Shown here: positions 61,220 to 64,000 of the stretch, in pieces | Position numbering within the stretch: position 1 is the first letter of the stretch | How the letters are laid out: the number at the start of each line of letters is the position of its first letter | Assembly: GCA_016283935.1 (NCBI GenBank) | Contig: JAEENX010000013.1 | Coordinates: forward strand, 24,730 to 88,729 | Source: Bacilli bacterium | Lineage (GTDB): Bacteria > Bacillota_I > Bacilli_A > RF39 > UBA660 | Direction: 5' to 3' | Length of the DNA: 64,000 bases | Made by a program: the position numbers and the translations under genes | Notes under the pieces: generated by a model | The model's input: the letters and a program-made list of their open reading frames with translations, nothing else | Told to the model about the DNA's origin: nothing | The model's database searches: none

Positions 61220-62467
61220 ATGAAAAAGTTAAATAAAAAAATAAAAGTACCAATAATTATTTTGTTAATAATTATTGTGTTATTAACAATTGGAGCAATA
61301 ATATTCTTTACTATAGGTAAATTAAGTATAACTTTAAATGGTGATAAAAATGTTACAATCAATTACAATGACACCTATAATGAAGAAGGTGCTAGTGCAA
61401 AATTTTTATTTAAAACGATAGATAATATTAAAATATCAGGAAAAGTTGATACAAGTAAAATTGGAACTTATGAAATAAAATATGAATCAACATACATGTT
61501 TCTAAATTCAACTGAATTAAGAACAATTAAAGTTGTAGATAAAAAAGAACCATCAATAGAACTAAAAGGAAATACTAATATAAAAATATATCAAGGTAAT
61601 GAATATAAAGAACCAGGATATACTGCAAATGATGAATATGATGGGGATTTAACAGATAAAGTTATTGTTAATAACACACTAGATATTAACACTCCAGGTA
61701 AATATATATTAACTTATGAAGTAAGTGATTCTTCAAATAACAAAACATCTGTAGAAAGAAATATAGAAGTAATAGAAAAGTCAAAAACAAATAATACATC
61801 AGGTATACCAGTATTAATGTATCATTTCTTCTATGATAAAAATGTAGATAATAAAAATGATGGCAATTGGATGGAAATACATTCATTTGAAGAACAAATG
61901 AAATATCTAAATGACAATAATTATTATCAACCAACATGGGAAGAATTAATTGATTATATAGATGGTAAAACAACATTGCCTGAAAAATCAGTTATAGTAA
62001 CAGCAGACGATGGAAATCCATCATTCTTTGATTTAGCAATTCCTATATGTCAAAAATATAATATAAGATGTACTTCATTTATAGTAAGTTCATGGACACA
62101 CGGTGATTGGATAGCATCTACATACAAGGATAAAGGAATAGATTTTCAATCACATACATATGATATGCATAAAGGCGGATGCAAAGAAAATCATGGAGGA
62201 TTATTCAATTGTATTTCCCATGATGCAGGAGTCAAAGATATGACTACATCAAAAACAGATTTAGAACAAGTTAATAAAGTTTATACGGTGGCTTATCCAT
62301 TTGGTGATGTTAATGAAAATGTTAAAACAATAACTAAAGATGCCGGATTTAGTTTAGGATTTACTACACAATATGGAAAAGTAAGACCTGGAATGGATAA
62401 ATTAGAATTACCAAGAATAAGAGTTAATAATGGTGTGTCATTATCAAACTTTTCAAAGGATTTATAA
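61220..62467 (+). CDS. Polysaccharide deacetylase with two Ig-like (DUF5011-like) domains
   Basis: TM anchor, repeated Y.E.G..A..D domains, PVLMYH, TADDG, SHTYDMH, AYPFG, LPRI. Confidence 0.9.
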   Translation: MKKLNKKIKVPIIILLIIIVLLTIGAIIFFTIGKLSITLNGDKNVTINYNDTYNEEGASAKFLFKTIDNIKISGKVDTSKIGTYEIKYESTYMFLNSTELRTIKVVDKKEPSIELKGNTNIKIYQGNEYKEPGYTANDEYDGDLTDKVIVNNTLDINTPGKYILTYEVSDSSNNKTSVERNIEVIEKSKTNNTSGIPVLMYHFFYDKNVDNKNDGNWMEIHSFEEQMKYLNDNNYYQPTWEELIDYIDGKTTLPEKSVIVTADDGNPSFFDLAIPICQKYNIRCTSFIVSSWTHGDWIASTYKDKGIDFQSHTYDMHKGGCKENHGGLFNCISHDAGVKDMTTSKTDLEQVNKVYTVAYPFGDVNENVKTITKDAGFSLGFTTQYGKVRPGMDKLELPRIRVNNGVSLSNFSKDL

Positions 62468-62495
62468 AAAAAGATGGATAATAATCCATCTTTTT
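62465..62495. terminator. Bidirectional terminator
   Basis: AAAAAGATGGAT-AATA-ATCCATCTTTTT. Confidence 0.75.
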
Positions 62496-62982
62496 ATATT
62501 CCATAATTTAATTTATTTCTATATTCTAACATAAAATATATAGCATCTATATATTTAAAATAACAATCAGATAAAATCCTCATACTATCTAATTCAGATG
62601 AAGAAGGATCTTTTCTAGATAAAGAATCAATATTATATCTTAAATCGGCTTCTCTCTTAGAAAATAATTCTGCATACATTTCTAAACAACTTTCATCCAA
62701 TACTAATATACGATCTAAAAATAAAGAATGAAGAAATAAATAATCACGATCATTTTTTATTTTAGAATCAAGAAATTCTTTTAATAAAGATTGAAATTTT
62801 TTTAACGAATCGAGTCTATTTTCAGGAGATATATTAAAATGCTTTACAGCATCACTTTTTAAAAATTTAATTATGTTTTCAGTTCTTTCAATATTATTTT
62901 GAAATTCTATAACTTGAACCGAAACTTCGCATAAATCATAAAATAGTTTGGAGAAATCACTATACTCAAAATATTTACCCAT
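62494..62982 (-). CDS. Hypothetical protein
   Basis: GAGGTGG RBS, helical ORF. Confidence 0.7.
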   Translation of the reverse strand: MGKYFEYSDFSKLFYDLCEVSVQVIEFQNNIERTENIIKFLKSDAVKHFNISPENRLDSLKKFQSLLKEFLDSKIKNDRDYLFLHSLFLDRILVLDESCLEMYAELFSKREADLRYNIDSLSRKDPSSSELDSMRILSDCYFKYIDAIYFMLEYRNKLNYGI

Positions 62983-63071
62983 ATAAACCACCTCTATTAG
63001 GTGTATATACTAGCAAAAACAATATTTAGAGTCAATAAAAAAACGAATACTAAGTATTCGTATTATTCCAA

Positions 63072-63428
63072 TGGTGGAGTCGGCGAGACTCGAACTCGCG
63101 TCCAAATTACTCAAGAAGCAGCATCTACAAGCTTAGTTAGAACTAAAATACACTAGTAAAAAAGCGTCTAACAAACTAATACTAGCGTTACTCAATATTT
63201 ATTCATCATTTGACCTTGAGTAAACAATCATTTGATATATTCTACATATATGAACCAACAGTATAACTGTAGAAGATTAAACTGTCAGCACTCCACGCTA
63301 ACTATTAAGCGTATACTGGAGCAAAATTAAAATTATTGTCAGTTAATTTAAACTGTGTGATTTAAGGCAATCACCTTCCGCTTGCAACTAAATCCGGACT
63401 GTAATCTGTCGAAACCAGAAACGACCCC
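63072..63428 (-). ncRNA. ssrA: tmRNA; tag peptide (A)DNNFNFAPVYA
   Basis: 5' GGGGTCGTTTCTGGTTTCGAC, 3' GTTCGAGTCTCGCCGACTCCACCA; TAACT-GAC resume site and tag frame 63340-63305. Confidence 0.95.
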
Positions 63429-63477
63429 GTAAATAAAATATACAACAATTAATTTAATATAGCAAATTAAAGAAGAA

Positions 63478-63768
63478 TTATTCCTCTTCATTTTTACTTA
63501 AATCAATTATCAATTCACCATCTTTAGTATAAAGATATTTTTCTCTGGCATACTTTGCAGCATATTCAGAATCTTGTAATTTAACTACATCTTCACTTAA
63601 TTTATCTTCCTCACTAAGTAGTTTATTATATTTTTCTTTTAATTCATTAATTTCTTTTTTAGTATTATGAATTTTAATTATATCAGGAGCACATGACAAA
63701 AAAGTTACAAGAAATATTGCAAATATAATAGAACAATAAACAATGAATCTTAATCTTTTCTTTTTCAT
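63478..63768 (-). CDS. Septum formation initiator (DivIC/FtsB family)
   Basis: Basic N-terminus, TM, coiled coil, KYAREKYLYTKDGE. Confidence 0.88.
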   Translation of the reverse strand: MKKKRLRFIVYCSIIFAIFLVTFLSCAPDIIKIHNTKKEINELKEKYNKLLSEEDKLSEDVVKLQDSEYAAKYAREKYLYTKDGELIIDLSKNEEE

Positions 63769-63893
63769 ATGTATAATCTCCTACATAAATTTTAACATAT
63801 AAAATTTATATTAAATTTATATAAGTGTTAAAAGGAAATAAATTGACGCATATTATACAAAATAAAAAAACCAACTTTACGTTGGTTTAATTA

Positions 63894-64000
63894 TTATTCT
63901 TCCGATTCACTTGCTTCTTTTTTTAACTCATTCTCATATTCTGCTAAAATAGCATCTGAAAATATTTTACGTGCTTCAGCGTTGATTGGATGAGCTATAT
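63894..64000 (-). CDS. spoVG: SpoVG family protein, C-terminal part (partial; absent from ORF track)
   Basis: Translates to IAHPINAEARKIFSDAILAEYENELKKEASESEE*, matching the SpoVG (D)IAHPIN motif. Confidence 0.85.
   Translation of the reverse strand, partial: IAHPINAEARKIFSDAILAEYENELKKEASESEE

Noticed and set aside
1..64000. CRISPR array, prophage, integrase or IS element
   Set aside because: No regularly spaced repeats and no cas, integrase, transposase or phage structural genes recognised
1..64000. Genome-wide UGA=Trp (code 4) recoding
   Set aside because: RF2 is intact with its UGA-dependent frameshift, TGA acts as a stop in the dltA-dltC ATGA overlap, and only one internal TGA was found among about 55 genes

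Overview
Very AT-rich bacterial chromosomal window with most genes on the minus strand. It looks like a reduced-genome, cell-walled Bacilli; an uncultured RF39-like lineage is my inference from gene content and style, not a demonstrated assignment. Housekeeping genes include ung, pyk, rlmH, dnaB, rplI, rpsF-ssb-rpsR with an S6:S18 leader, ychF, prfB with its +1 frameshift, secA, hpf, csp, smpB, rnr, secG, typA, T-box-regulated argS, nnr, tRNA-Cys, tmRNA, divIC and partial spoVG. No integrase, transposase, prophage or CRISPR array was seen. An accessory block at about 17.3-33.4 kb holds the best candidates for undescribed systems: (1) a coupled five-gene operon of an LRR/zinc-ribbon membrane protein, a radical SAM/SPASM enzyme, a small protein with a Ser/Gly/aromatic and poly-Asn tail, a zinc-ribbon Tim44-like membrane protein and a second radical SAM gene broken by an in-frame TGA; (2) a vanW-dltA-dltC operon with no dltB or dltD; (3) an O-antigen-ligase-like gene next to a membrane protein with six tandem D-x-N-A-T sequons; (4) a surface protein with an internal sortase-like signal followed by a second signal peptide. 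Starts were adjusted to RBS-supported codons. All family assignments come from motif recognition, not database searches.
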